From: Chloroflexota bacterium
Lineage (GTDB): Bacteria; Chloroflexota; UBA11872; VXOZ01
Length of the DNA stretch: 64,000 bases
NCBI GenBank assembly: GCA_963662335.2
Contig: CAXXVD010000002.1
Coordinates: forward strand, 608,001-672,000
Direction of reading: 5' to 3'
Part shown: piece after piece, positions 10,478 through 20,954 of the stretch
Layout of the letters: each line of letters opens with the position of its first letter
Numbering within the stretch: the first letter of the stretch is position 1
Made by a program: the position numbers and the translations under genes
The notes under the pieces: generated by a model
Seen by the model: only the letters and a program-made list of their open reading frames with translations
Databases searched by the model: none
What the model was told of the DNA's origin: nothing

Positions 10478-10777
10478 TTGAATGCCGACACAACCTATTG
10501 ACTGGCCGGATTTCTTGCTGCGCAACGGAACAGGCCGCTACTGAGGCAGGGGAGGGATGCGGCTATCGGTTCCTCAGATTACGAACGCTCGGAAGAGCGT
10601 AACGGCGCTTTCGACGAAGATGGCGACGGCGGCAAGGTCGAAGCCCAAGACAGGGCCGACGCCCGCGGCGAAGGCGGCGCTCACCACGCAGAGCCGCAGC
10701 GCGCCCCTCAGATAGCGCAGGTAACGTCTCCCCCGTCGCAAGAGCGCGGGCGGCGGCGTGGCTCATCCCCTTCGGCC

Positions 10778-12076
10778 GTGCTGGTGGGCGGCTTTGCGGT
10801 CCTCATCGCGGTGGGCACGCTGCTTCTCATGCTGCCCGCGGCCGCCGCCTCCGGCAACGCCACGTCTTTCGTCGATGCGCTCTTCACCGCCACCTCGGCG
10901 GTGTGCGTGACCGGATTGGTGGTGGTGGATACCGGCGAGCACTGGAGCGGATTCGGCCACGCGGTGATTCTCGCGCTCTTCCAACTTGGCGGCTTTGGTT
11001 TCATGACCGGCTCGATTCTCATCCTGATGATTCTCGGCCAATCGATCCGGCTGCGCCAGCGCGTCCTAATGCGCGAGGCGCTCAACCTCTCCAGTATCGG
11101 CGGAATTGTGCCGATCGTGCGCAACATCGCTATCTGGACAGTCGCGGTGGAGGCGGCCGGCGTCCTGGCGCTTACGCTCTACTTCGCGCGTGAGCGCGAG
11201 CCCGCGCACGCCCTCTGGATGGGGCTCTTTCACGGGGTATCGGCCTTCAATAACGCCGGTTTCGATCTGATGGGCGGCTTCTCCAGCCTCACCCAATTCC
11301 GCCGCGAGGAGTTCCTGCTTATTGTCATTGCCGTGTTGGTGGTCTTTGGCAGCACTGGATACGTGGTGTTCGCGGACATGGCGCGCTCGCGGCGCTGGCT
11401 GCGGCTCAGCCTGGAGACCAAGCTGATCGTGCTTGTAACCGGCGCGTTGTGGCTGCTAGGCGGCGCGGCGTTCTTCTGGCGCGAGCGCGCCAATCCGCTG
11501 ACTTTGGCCGGCGAGGTGTGGCACGTGCAACTCCTGGATACGTTCTTCCACAGCGTTGCCGCCCGCACGGCGGGCTTCGTCTCGCTGCCGGTGAGCGGCA
11601 TGACCGAGGACACCACCTTCTTGACCATGGTGCTCATGCTCATTGGCGGCGCGCCCGGCTCCACGGCCGGCGGCATCAAAGTGACCACGTTTGCCATTCT
11701 CATCGTGACGATTGTAGCGGTAATGCGCGGCAGAACCCGCATTACCGTACTGCGCCGCACGATCCCGCAGGAAATAGTGCTGCGCTCGCTGACGATCATC
11801 TCGTTGGCTACCGTGCTGCTCATCGGCGTGGGTTGGCTGCTGGCGGAGTTCGAGACTGCCGGCTTCATGCCGGTGCTCTTCGAGGCCGCGTCGGCGCTGG
11901 GCACGGTAGGCATGTCGTACGGCATTACGCCGCAATTGCACGACGTGAGCCGCTTGGTCCTGGTGGCTGCCATGTTCGTGGGGCGCCTGGGCCCGCTAAC
12001 GCTGGTGCTGCTGCTGGCGCAGAAGAGCCAGCGCGAGTATCTGCAATATCCACGTGAAACGGTACGGGTGGGATAG
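10778..12076 (+). CDS. ktrB: Ktr/Trk potassium uptake membrane subunit (true start may lie upstream)
   Basis: ATSAVCVTGL, SAFNNAGF, RTAGF, GSTAGGIK and MFVGRLGPL motifs. Confidence 0.9.
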   Translation: MLVGGFAVLIAVGTLLLMLPAAAASGNATSFVDALFTATSAVCVTGLVVVDTGEHWSGFGHAVILALFQLGGFGFMTGSILILMILGQSIRLRQRVLMREALNLSSIGGIVPIVRNIAIWTVAVEAAGVLALTLYFAREREPAHALWMGLFHGVSAFNNAGFDLMGGFSSLTQFRREEFLLIVIAVLVVFGSTGYVVFADMARSRRWLRLSLETKLIVLVTGALWLLGGAAFFWRERANPLTLAGEVWHVQLLDTFFHSVAARTAGFVSLPVSGMTEDTTFLTMVLMLIGGAPGSTAGGIKVTTFAILIVTIVAVMRGRTRITVLRRTIPQEIVLRSLTIISLATVLLIGVGWLLAEFETAGFMPVLFEAASALGTVGMSYGITPQLHDVSRLVLVAAMFVGRLGPLTLVLLLAQKSQREYLQYPRETVRVG

Positions 12077-12086
12077 GAGTGACGCT

Positions 12087-12737
12087 ATGCCGAGTCAACA
12101 GATCGCGGTGATTGGGCTGGGCCGCTTTGGCACCAGCGCGGCGATTCAGCTTGCCAGCTTGGGCTACGACGTGCTGGGGGTGGACAAGAGCGCGGATAAG
12201 GTCGAGAGCATGTCGGACGAGCTTACCCACGTGGTGCGCGCGGACACGGCCAATGAGGGCGCGCTGGAAGAACTCGGCATTCGCAACTTCGACGTGGTGG
12301 TGGTGGGCATTAGCTCGGACGTGCAGGGCAGCATCATCACGACGTTGATCCTCAAACACCTGGACGTGCCCTACGTGATCGCCAAGGCGCGCGACGAACT
12401 CCACGGCGAAATCCTGGATAGAATCGGCGCCGATAAGGTGATCTATCCGGAGCATGAAGCCGGGGTGCGCATCGCGCACACGTTCATCTCGCAGGCTATC
12501 ATCGACTACGTTGAGGTGGTGCCCGGCTACGGCGTGAGCAAGCTCAGAGTGCCGGATCGTTTTGTGGGCCGCTCGCTGCAGGTGCTCGGTTTCGGTGAGG
12601 GGAGCGGGTTGCGCATTCTGATGATTGGACGCAACAAGAGCGTGGTGCACGACCCCAAATCCAGCGAGCGCATCCAAGACGGCGACGTGCTGATGATGGT
12701 GGGCGAGGACCGCTACTTGAGCGAGTTGGAACTCTAG
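12087..12737 (+). CDS. ktrA: Ktr/Trk RCK regulatory subunit
   Basis: VIGLGRFG Rossmann motif and IGADKVIYPEHEAG; follows ktrB. Confidence 0.9.
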   Translation: MPSQQIAVIGLGRFGTSAAIQLASLGYDVLGVDKSADKVESMSDELTHVVRADTANEGALEELGIRNFDVVVVGISSDVQGSIITTLILKHLDVPYVIAKARDELHGEILDRIGADKVIYPEHEAGVRIAHTFISQAIIDYVEVVPGYGVSKLRVPDRFVGRSLQVLGFGEGSGLRILMIGRNKSVVHDPKSSERIQDGDVLMMVGEDRYLSELEL

Positions 12738-12804
12738 CGGTTGGGTTGCTCGTTCGCTTCACACGGGGAGCACGTGATAGCCGGGCGGATAGCGCGTGAA
12801 GGGC

Positions 12805-12833
12805 TTGACGAAGTTCACGCGATATGGTTAAAT
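12805..12833 (+). promoter_or_regulatory. Putative sigma70-type promoter
   Basis: TTGACG-17 nt-TTAAAT with a TG upstream of the -10. Confidence 0.5.
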
Positions 12834-12886
12834 GGGAGTAGAGAGGGCGCGAGTCCTCGAAACGGCACCAAGGAGGGAGGTGAGCG

Positions 12887-12955
12887 ATGAAAGGTATGCG
12901 CTTGCCGCTGGATAACCCGAGAGTGCTGTACGGTGTTTGGCAAGTGGACTGTTAA
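12887..12955 (+). CDS. Unannotated 22-aa uORF/small protein MKGMRLPLDNPRVLYGVWQVDC
   Basis: Strong SD GGAGGTGA 3 nt before the ATG; TAA stop followed immediately by a 12-bp hairpin. Confidence 0.6.
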   Translation: MKGMRLPLDNPRVLYGVWQVDC

Positions 12956-13141
12956 CCCTCCATCCGCGCAAGGTTCTACATGACAGATGCGGGTGGAGGG
13001 CGAGACCGCAGGGTGGCGGGGCTTGCCGCTTGATGCGTGGCAGCGGCGAGGCGTCCGTGTGGCGCAGCCGAGCCAAAGCGAGTGCCCGATTCACGGGCGG
13101 CAAAATCCGGCAAGACTACGGCCCGAACCAGCAATGGGATT

Positions 13142-13181
13142 GAGCGCGCCTCGGACCTATCCGAGGCGCGCTCTTTGGTTT
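13142..13181 (+). terminator. Intrinsic terminator/attenuator upstream of the DUF971-like gene
   Basis: Perfect 14-bp stem GAGCGCGCCTCGGA-CCTA-TCCGAGGCGCGCTC followed by TTTGGTTT. Confidence 0.8.
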
Positions 13182-13271
13182 GTCAGAGGGGCGTTCCTCC
13201 GCGCCGCGCGCGGAGCCGTGGCGCTTGGATAGAGATGAGAGCGGCAACACGTCCAGATCCGGAGAAGAGGC

Positions 13272-13604
13272 ATGAAGGATATGCGCGCGCGCACACCGGC
13301 GGTGATCTCGCGCGGGGAGGCAGACCGCACGCTGGTGATCGAATGGCGCGACGGCCACGTTACGCGCTACGACTGGGAGGCGCTGCGCCGCCTGTGTCCG
13401 TGCGCGCTCTGCGCGGGCGAGATGGGCGCGCCCGGCACGATGAACGCCGGCACGATCCTCATGGCAAGCCAGACGTTTCTGGAATCTCTGGAACAGGTCG
13501 GCAGCTATGCGGTGCGCCTGCACTGGGAGGACGGACACAATACGGGCATCTACACGTTCGACGGCCTGCGGGAGAACTGCCCGTGTTGCGCGGAATCGGC
13601 GTAA
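13272..13604 (+). CDS. DUF971 (gamma-butyrobetaine hydroxylase N-terminal-like) metal-binding protein
   Basis: IEWRDGH, LRRLCPCALC and VGSYAV...WEDGHNTGIY motifs. Confidence 0.85.
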   Translation: MKDMRARTPAVISRGEADRTLVIEWRDGHVTRYDWEALRRLCPCALCAGEMGAPGTMNAGTILMASQTFLESLEQVGSYAVRLHWEDGHNTGIYTFDGLRENCPCCAESA

Positions 13605-13650
13605 GGTCTGCCTGGCGCTGCCCCCGGCCGGCGCGTATCGGACCAGGCGC

Positions 13651-14352
13651 TTAGTCGCTGAGATAGAGTTCCGCGCTGGGGCAGAGGTCTTGCAGCGGGC
13701 ATTCACCGCAGGCGGGTTTACGGGCCGTGCAGAGGGCGCGCCCGTGGTGGATGAGCAGGTGGCCGACGTCGATCCAGTCGGCCTCGGGCACGACGTCCAT
13801 GAGGTCGCGCTCGATCTTGGTGGGTTCCTTTTGCCGGGTGAGTTTGAGGCGTTGCGAGAGGCGCGAGACGTGGGTATCGACCACCACTCCGTCCGCGACC
13901 TGAAACGCCACGCCCAGCACCACGTTGGCGGTCTTGCGCGCCACGCCCGGCAACTCCAGCAATTCAGCCATCGTCTCGGGCACGGCGCCGCCGAACTTTT
14001 CCAGGATGACGCGGGCCGCACCCTGGATATTCTTCGCTTTGTTGCGGAAGAAGCCGGTGGTCTTGATGGCCGCTTCCAGGTCTGCCCGGGGCGCTTCGGC
14101 AAACGCGGCCACCGTGGGAAAACGCGCGAAGAGCGCCGGCGTGACGATGTTCACGCGCTTGTCCGTGCACTGCGCGGAGAGAATCGTGGCGACCAGCAGT
14201 TCCCACGGGTTGCGGTAGTGCAGGGCGCACTCGGCTTCGGGATAGGTGGCGCGGAGGCCGGTGATGATGCGGCCCACGCGCTCCCGCAGCGCGCGCTGCG
14301 ATTCTCTTCCTCGTTTGCGCTGCGGTGGGCGTGCGGCTTTCTGTGCGGGCAT
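13651..14352 (-). CDS. nth: Endonuclease III
   Basis: LSAQCTD, HhH LPGVARKTANVV, VDTHV, and CTARKPACGECPLQDLC [4Fe-4S] motif. Confidence 0.95.
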   Translation of the reverse strand: MPAQKAARPPQRKRGRESQRALRERVGRIITGLRATYPEAECALHYRNPWELLVATILSAQCTDKRVNIVTPALFARFPTVAAFAEAPRADLEAAIKTTGFFRNKAKNIQGAARVILEKFGGAVPETMAELLELPGVARKTANVVLGVAFQVADGVVVDTHVSRLSQRLKLTRQKEPTKIERDLMDVVPEADWIDVGHLLIHHGRALCTARKPACGECPLQDLCPSAELYLSD

Positions 14353-14498
14353 GGAACGTAGCCGTCTTCCCTGAGTTGGTTACGCGCTCTTCTCGCCAAG
14401 AGGCGGGGGACAAGCCCCCGCGCTACTCCACGTGAACCGGCATGGGCGCAGCGCGTGGAGGTAATCTGAGACCGGCCGCTTGGCGGGATACACGCCTT

Positions 14499-14804
14499 TC
14501 AGGCCTGGTCTGCGCCAACCAGGTCGCCGCGGCCGCGCAAGCTTTCCAGGTTCTGCGTGTGCACGTGGTTGCCCGGCGCGATGTCCTGCGTGGCGGCGCC
14601 GATGGACTCGCCGTACTTGATAACGTGCTCGCCGTTGGCAATCGGCTTCACGGCGACCTTGTGGCCAAAGGGGATGTCGTCGCGGATGGTGATTTCTTGC
14701 TCACCCGCCGGTCCAGTAAAGGCAACTGTGGTACCCGGCGTGAGGTCCGCCAGCGCAATGGCGGTGTTGTCTTTGTCATCGATGACGTGGAGCACTTGCT
14801 TCAT
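14499..14804 (-). CDS. UxaA/GarD-type SAF domain protein (dehydratase small subunit)
   Basis: DNTAIAL, IPFGHKVA, VIKYGE.IG and HVHTQNL motifs. Confidence 0.85.
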   Translation of the reverse strand: MKQVLHVIDDKDNTAIALADLTPGTTVAFTGPAGEQEITIRDDIPFGHKVAVKPIANGEHVIKYGESIGAATQDIAPGNHVHTQNLESLRGRGDLVGADQA

Positions 14805-14895
14805 GCGGCGCTGTCCTTGCGGCGGGTGTGCACTTCGGTTGAAGACCGACCGCAGGAAAGACCCCACGGCACGGCTGGTACCAGCATACCGCAGG

Positions 14896-14973
14896 CTAGT
14901 GGAATCTGCCAACGGATGATGGCTTGCAATACCTTGACACGTGGTCTTCATCCGGAAGCGGGTTGCCAGGCAT
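14896..14973 (-). pseudogene. Truncated 5' stub of a partner gene (MPGNPLPDEDHVSRYCKPSSVGRFH*)
   Basis: ATG overlaps the end of the upstream ORF; protein-like N-terminus stops after 25 codons at CACTAG. Confidence 0.5.
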
Positions 14974-15367
14974 TGCTCTTGATTTGCGCCGTGAAGACTT
15001 CAACAGCCCTTAGCGTAGCTGCTCTTTCCAAGGTTCCGCTAACTCGCATTCTTTTGGCGCCGCTCTTTGCGGAAGCGGAAATGGCCGCAAATCGGATCAG
15101 GTTATAGGGCAGGAACTCCATCGCAAGGATACCGGTCTCCCCAACTCGCCACTCGATTTGCGCCAGCCCCTCTGGACCTATCGCTATTTGAGGTTGTGGC
15201 AACTGTCGTTCGCTCATGAGGAAGTAAGCCAGCTCTCGCATGGAGTCGATTGACATAGGTTGCTCATCCGGATCGTCGGCAACAAGCCCTTGGAGGTACT
15301 CGAGGCGATCCGCGATTGCGTCCAAGCCATGGAACTTGAGCACGGCGATGATTTCCGCTTGCTCCAT
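14948..15367 (-). CDS. Hypothetical protein, lower GC (possible antitoxin-like)
   Basis: Open frame with atypical codon usage and a PQIAIGPEG.AQIEW...LAMEF pattern; start uncertain. Confidence 0.6.
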   Translation of the reverse strand: MEQAEIIAVLKFHGLDAIADRLEYLQGLVADDPDEQPMSIDSMRELAYFLMSERQLPQPQIAIGPEGLAQIEWRVGETGILAMEFLPYNLIRFAAISASAKSGAKRMRVSGTLERAATLRAVEVFTAQIKSNAWQPASG

Positions 15368-15633
15368 GGCCAAGGATAGGTCTTCTTTCCACGAGGTGTG
15401 CTTTAGCAAAGTCCGGTGCGCCTGTTCTAAAGATCAGCGATACTGCCACACGGTTTACGTGCTTTGCACTATAGCATCGAAAACGGGACGAGCGTCATGA
15501 GCACCTCGATGGAGGATGACATTCTCCATTGGCCTTATGTCGTTCGTTGCCAACTGCCGTGCCGCTGTCGTAGGCTAGAGGGTACGGTTACGCTACGTTT
15601 GCAGCGCACGAAGCAACGAGAAGAGTGAAGAAG

Positions 15634-16741
15634 ATGATCAAAGAACGCATTGTCGCATTGAACGCGCGCGCCGCGGAACTCCGGAGGCGCCTTTGACCTG
15701 GCGGCGTGGGAGGCGGAGATCGGCGACCTGGAGGCGCGGTCGCTAGATCCCGGTTTGTGGGATTCGCCGGGGAATGCCCAGCGGGTCATGCAGCGGCTGG
15801 CTGCCGTGCGCCGCCTGGCCGATGACTGGAACGGCTTCTTTGCGGATGTCGAAGCGCTGGTGGAACTTGCGGAACTCGACGACCCGGCCCTGGAGACGGA
15901 ACTCGCTGCCGAGGTGAGCCGCCTGGAGGCGGATGGCGAGAAGCGCGAGATTCAGACCCTCTTCCAGGGCGCGTACGATGAGCGCGACGCGCTGCTCTCC
16001 CTTCATGCCGGCGCGGGCGGGACGGATTCGCAGGATTGGGTCGAAATGCTGCTGCGCATGTACGTCCGCTGGGCGGAGGCTAATGCGCACACGCCGGAAA
16101 TCCTGGATAGCACGCCCGGTGAAGAGGCCGGCATCAAGAGCGTCACGCTGCAGGTGAGCGGGCCGTTTGCGTATGGGCGCCTGCGGTCGGAACACGGCGT
16201 GCACCGCCTGGTGCGGCTCTCGCCCTTCGACGCCAACCACCGCCGCCATACGTCGTTCGCGCTGGTGGAAGCGCTGCCCGTCATCGACGATGACGTAACC
16301 GTTGAGATAAAGCCCGACGACGTGAAGCTGGATACGTTTCGCGCCAGCGGGGCCGGCGGGCAGCACGTGAACAAGACGAGTTCCGCCGTGCGGATTACCC
16401 ACGTGCCCACGGGCATCGTCATTTCGTGCCAGAACGAGCGCTCGCAACTGCAGAACCGCGAGGCCGCCATGCGCATTCTGCGGGCGCGCCTGTTGGAGCG
16501 CAAATTGCAGGCGCAACAGGAAGAACAGGCGGCGCTGAAGGGCGAACATACCAGCGCCGAGTGGGGCAACCAGATACGCTCCTACGTGCTGCATCCCTAC
16601 ACCATGGTGAAAGACCTCCGCACGGGCGTCGAAACCGGCAATACGCGGGCGGTGTTGGATGGCGCCATCGACGAGTTCGCGGAGGCCTATCTGCGGCAGC
16701 AGGCTGAAAACCGCCGCAACAGCACTAGCGGCGTTGGGTAA
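15634..16741 (+). CDS. prfB: Peptide chain release factor 2 with programmed +1 frameshift
   Basis: GGAGG-CGC-CTT-TGA-C slippery site at 15691-15697; SPF anticodon-mimic and GGQ motifs. Confidence 0.97.
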
Positions 16742-16872
16742 GTTGGGGAGAGACGTATGGTAGGTGTGCGCCGTGTCCCTACAACGCTCGCGGTTGCGTT
16801 TGAGAAAGATTCCTCGTTGCTTCTCCACGGGGCGGCCGGGCAGCGCGCGCGACAAAGCGGGGAGGCCGCAGT

Positions 16873-17544
16873 GTGATTCCGGTGGTGTGTATCGTCGGCA
16901 AGCATAATGCGGGCAAGACGACGCTGCTCGAGCGCCTGATTCCGTGTTTGCGGGAGCGCGGGCGGCGGGTGGCGGTGGTCAAGCACGCGGCGCACGGCTT
17001 CGCGCTTGACCGGGAGGGGAGCGACTCGCGGCGTCTGGCGCAAACGGAGGCCGCCGCGGTGGCGCTCAGCGGGCCGGGGAGCGCCGCCGTTTTCATCACG
17101 CTGCCGGCGAGCGCCTCGTTGCCGCAACTCCTGGGACTGCTGCCGCCGCTGGGCTTCGATCTCGTGCTGGTGGAAGGCTACAAACGCTCAGACTATCCCA
17201 AAGTCGAGGTGCACCGCGCCGCGCTCGGGCCGGATTTGCTGGTTGCGGCAGAGCATCTTGCCGCCGTGGTGAGCGACGGCGGATGCGACTTCGAGGTTCC
17301 CGTCTTCGATTCCACCAACGCGGCGGGGCTGGCGGCTTTTCTTGATGAGCGCTACGTGCGCCCGGGCCTGGAGCGCGACGCCATCCGCGTCACGGTAGAC
17401 GGTGAGGAAGTGCGCCTAAACGCCTTTGCCAGCGCGGTGATCGCGGGCGGCGTTTCCGGCATGTTGTCGGCGCTCAAGGGCGTCACCGAGCCGGGCGAGG
17501 CCCGCATCGAGTTGCGGCGCGGGCGCAAGGGCGGCGACACGTAG
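16873..17544 (+). CDS. mobB: Molybdopterin-guanine dinucleotide biosynthesis protein B
   Basis: GKHNAGKTT P-loop, VKHAAH, GSDS and LVEGYK motifs. Confidence 0.9.
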   Translation: MIPVVCIVGKHNAGKTTLLERLIPCLRERGRRVAVVKHAAHGFALDREGSDSRRLAQTEAAAVALSGPGSAAVFITLPASASLPQLLGLLPPLGFDLVLVEGYKRSDYPKVEVHRAALGPDLLVAAEHLAAVVSDGGCDFEVPVFDSTNAAGLAAFLDERYVRPGLERDAIRVTVDGEEVRLNAFASAVIAGGVSGMLSALKGVTEPGEARIELRRGRKGGDT

Positions 17545-17565
17545 CCATTGCCCGTGGCAGGGGAG

Positions 17566-17743
17566 CGGGGGGCAAGCCCCAATGCTGTCGCAGCGGCGCG
17601 AAGACGCGCCGAAAACTCAATTGGCGAAGAGAACCACGCATCGCATCTCCGGTAGCGCAGGTTTGCAACCTGCGATCCTGTAGGGTCAATCCTTTGCGTG
17701 TGCTCTTCTTCATGCTCTGGCGGGGGACAAGCCCCCGCGCTAC
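17566..17743. repeat. Composite dispersed repeat, copy 1
   Basis: AAGCCCC(C)AATGCTGTCGCAGCGGCGCGAAGACGCGCCGAAAACTCAATTGGCGA...GTAGCGCAGGTTTG.AACCTGCG...GGGGACAAGCCCCCGCGCTAC, shared with 25190, 53959 and 63121. Confidence 0.9.
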
Positions 17744-17839
17744 GGGGTATTGGGTTGGCCAAAAGGGGCAGGGGCACGACATGTCGTGCCCCTACCCCTT
17801 TTGGGTCTGTCGATGATGTGCCAATTTCAGGCTGGGCGC

Positions 17840-19411
17840 TCAGGTTGCGGGCGCGGCCTCGGCGGCGGCCAGCGGCGCGCCGTCTCCCTGGCCGTCCGCG
17901 ACGTTCTGCGCCGAGATGTGCTTATTGAGGGCGTTCATGTAGGCCTTGGCGCTGGCGACTACGATGTCGGTGTCCGCGCCGTAGCCGGTCACCGAGACGC
18001 CCTCGCTTTCCAGGCGGATGCTCACCTCGCCCTGCGCGTCGATGCCCTCCGTGACGGCTTGCACGCGAAACTCGGTGAGCTTGGCCGGCACGTTGACGAT
18101 GCGGTCGATGGCCTTGCAGACGGCGTCCACCGGCCCATCGCCCAGCGCGGCGTCCTCGTAGACCCGGTCCTGGTCGTCGATGATGCGCACCGTGGCCGTG
18201 GGAATGCTCTTATCGCCGCAACTCACCTGCACGTGCTCCAGGCTAAAGTACTCCTTGGCTTGCAGCACGTCGCTGGAGAGCAGCGCCTCGATGTCGCGCG
18301 CCGTGACGTTGCGCCGCTTGTCGGCCAACTCTTTGAAGCGGTCGAACGCCTCTTGGAATTCGCGCTCGCTCAGTTGGTAGCCCATCTTGGCAAGCTGGTC
18401 GCGGAAGGCGTGGCGGCCGCTGGTCTTGCCCAGCACGATGCGGCTGCCGCCCATGCCCACGCTTTCGGGCGTCATGATTTCGTACGTCTGGCGGTCTTTC
18501 AGCATCCCGTCCTGGTGCAGGCCGGACGAATGCGCAAAGGCGTTGGCGCCGATGATGGCCTTGTTCGGCTGCACCGGCATGTTCATCAGTTCGCTCACCA
18601 TGCGGCTCGTGCGATAGATTTCCTCGGTGTTGATGCGGTGCGTCACCTTGAAGAAATCCTTGCGCACGGTGGCGTTCATCACCACCTCTTCCAGCGAGGC
18701 GTTGCCGGCGCGCTCGCCGACGCCGTTCAGCGTGCACTCGATCTGGTCCACGCCGTTGAGGATGGCAATCAGCGAATTGGCGTTGGCCTGGCCCAGGTCG
18801 TTGTGGCAGTGCACGGAGAGCGTGACGTTCTCGACACCGGGCGTGTTGGCGCGCAGGTATTGCAAGAGTTCGGCAAACTCATCCGGCTGGGTGTAGCCCA
18901 TGGTGTCGGGCACATTAATTACCCTTGCCCCGGCCGCGATGGCGTCGCCAAAGAGTTGGCACAAATAATCCCAGTCGCTGCGGGTGGCGTCCATGGCCGA
19001 GAACTCGACGTTGGCGCAGTAGCCGACGGCCTGCCGGACGCACGCCACCGCGGCCTCCCGCACTTCCTGGCGCGTCATGCGCAGTTGGCGCTCCAGGTGG
19101 ATGTCGCTGGACGAGATGAAGACGTGGATGCGGGGGGCTGCGCCCGGTTTGATCGCCTCCCAGGCGGCCTCGACCTGATCGGGTTTGAAGCCGGAGAGGG
19201 CGCAAATCTGGACGTTGCGCAGCTTTTCCGCCAGGAGTTGCACGGCCTTGAAGTCGCCGGGCGAGGTGCGGGGAAAGCCGGCCTCGAGAATATCGACGCC
19301 GAGGCGTTCCAGTTGCTCGCCGAGTTGCAGCTTTTCATCTACGGTCAGCGAGCCGCCGGCCGCCTGTTCGCCGTCGCGCAGGGTGGTATCGAAGATTTGC
19401 AGGGTTCTCAT
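17840..19411 (-). CDS. leuA: 2-isopropylmalate synthase
   Basis: DTTLRDGEQ, HCHNDLG, GERAGNA and AHSSGLHQDG motifs; C-terminal regulatory domain with GDGPVDA. Confidence 0.95.
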   Translation of the reverse strand: MRTLQIFDTTLRDGEQAAGGSLTVDEKLQLGEQLERLGVDILEAGFPRTSPGDFKAVQLLAEKLRNVQICALSGFKPDQVEAAWEAIKPGAAPRIHVFISSSDIHLERQLRMTRQEVREAAVACVRQAVGYCANVEFSAMDATRSDWDYLCQLFGDAIAAGARVINVPDTMGYTQPDEFAELLQYLRANTPGVENVTLSVHCHNDLGQANANSLIAILNGVDQIECTLNGVGERAGNASLEEVVMNATVRKDFFKVTHRINTEEIYRTSRMVSELMNMPVQPNKAIIGANAFAHSSGLHQDGMLKDRQTYEIMTPESVGMGGSRIVLGKTSGRHAFRDQLAKMGYQLSEREFQEAFDRFKELADKRRNVTARDIEALLSSDVLQAKEYFSLEHVQVSCGDKSIPTATVRIIDDQDRVYEDAALGDGPVDAVCKAIDRIVNVPAKLTEFRVQAVTEGIDAQGEVSIRLESEGVSVTGYGADTDIVVASAKAYMNALNKHISAQNVADGQGDGAPLAAAEAAPAT

Positions 19412-19638
19412 GACGTGTTAGGTCCTCCATGCCAATTTGGGTCGCAGGCGCGTGCCAAAGCGCGCCGGTCAGCGGGTCGCGAAAGGCATGGCAAGCGGGC
19501 AGGCCCGCCAGCATACCAGGGCCGGTAAGCCCTGGCGCCGGAAGGGCCTGAAACCACACTCCTCTTGGACTGCACATGGTCGAGGTGAAATGGGCGGATA
19601 CTGCGGTATCCCCATCGCTTGTATTCCCTCTAACGCGT

Positions 19639-20634
<996 letters not shown>

Positions 20635-20730
20635 GGTACCCTCTCTTCGCTTTTCAGTTTTGTCATTACCCTGGAGGGGAGCAAGCCACCATTGAGAAAT
20701 AGCAAGCCGGCCTCCGTAGCACCGGAACCC

Positions 20731-20868
20731 TCTCCGTCACACCGGCGCTCTTTCTGTCATATCGGCACTTCTCCATTACACCGGCGTCCTTTTTCCGTCA
20801 TTCCGGCGAAAGCCGGAATCCATCATTGCCGCGCGTGACCTGGATTCCGGCTTTCGCCGGAATGACAG
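20731..20868. repeat. Inverted pair of CGTC-type palindromes preceded by decayed tandem copies of the left end
   Basis: CCGTCATTCCGGCGAAAGCCGGAATCC ... GGATTCCGGCTTTCGCCGGAATGACAG. Confidence 0.85.
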
Positions 20869-20954
20869 CATAGGGGCCGCCTCTCGGCTATGAGGCGGCC
20901 CACACCCAAGCTAGCGCACATCCAGACTGGCCCATACCCAGACCGGCCCATACG

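Noticed and set aside
10480-10777. c-di-AMP (ydaO) riboswitch upstream of ktrB
   Set aside because: Consensus elements were not recognisable.
12950-13000. Selenocysteine read-through with a SECIS after the uORF
   Set aside because: The stop is TAA, not TGA.
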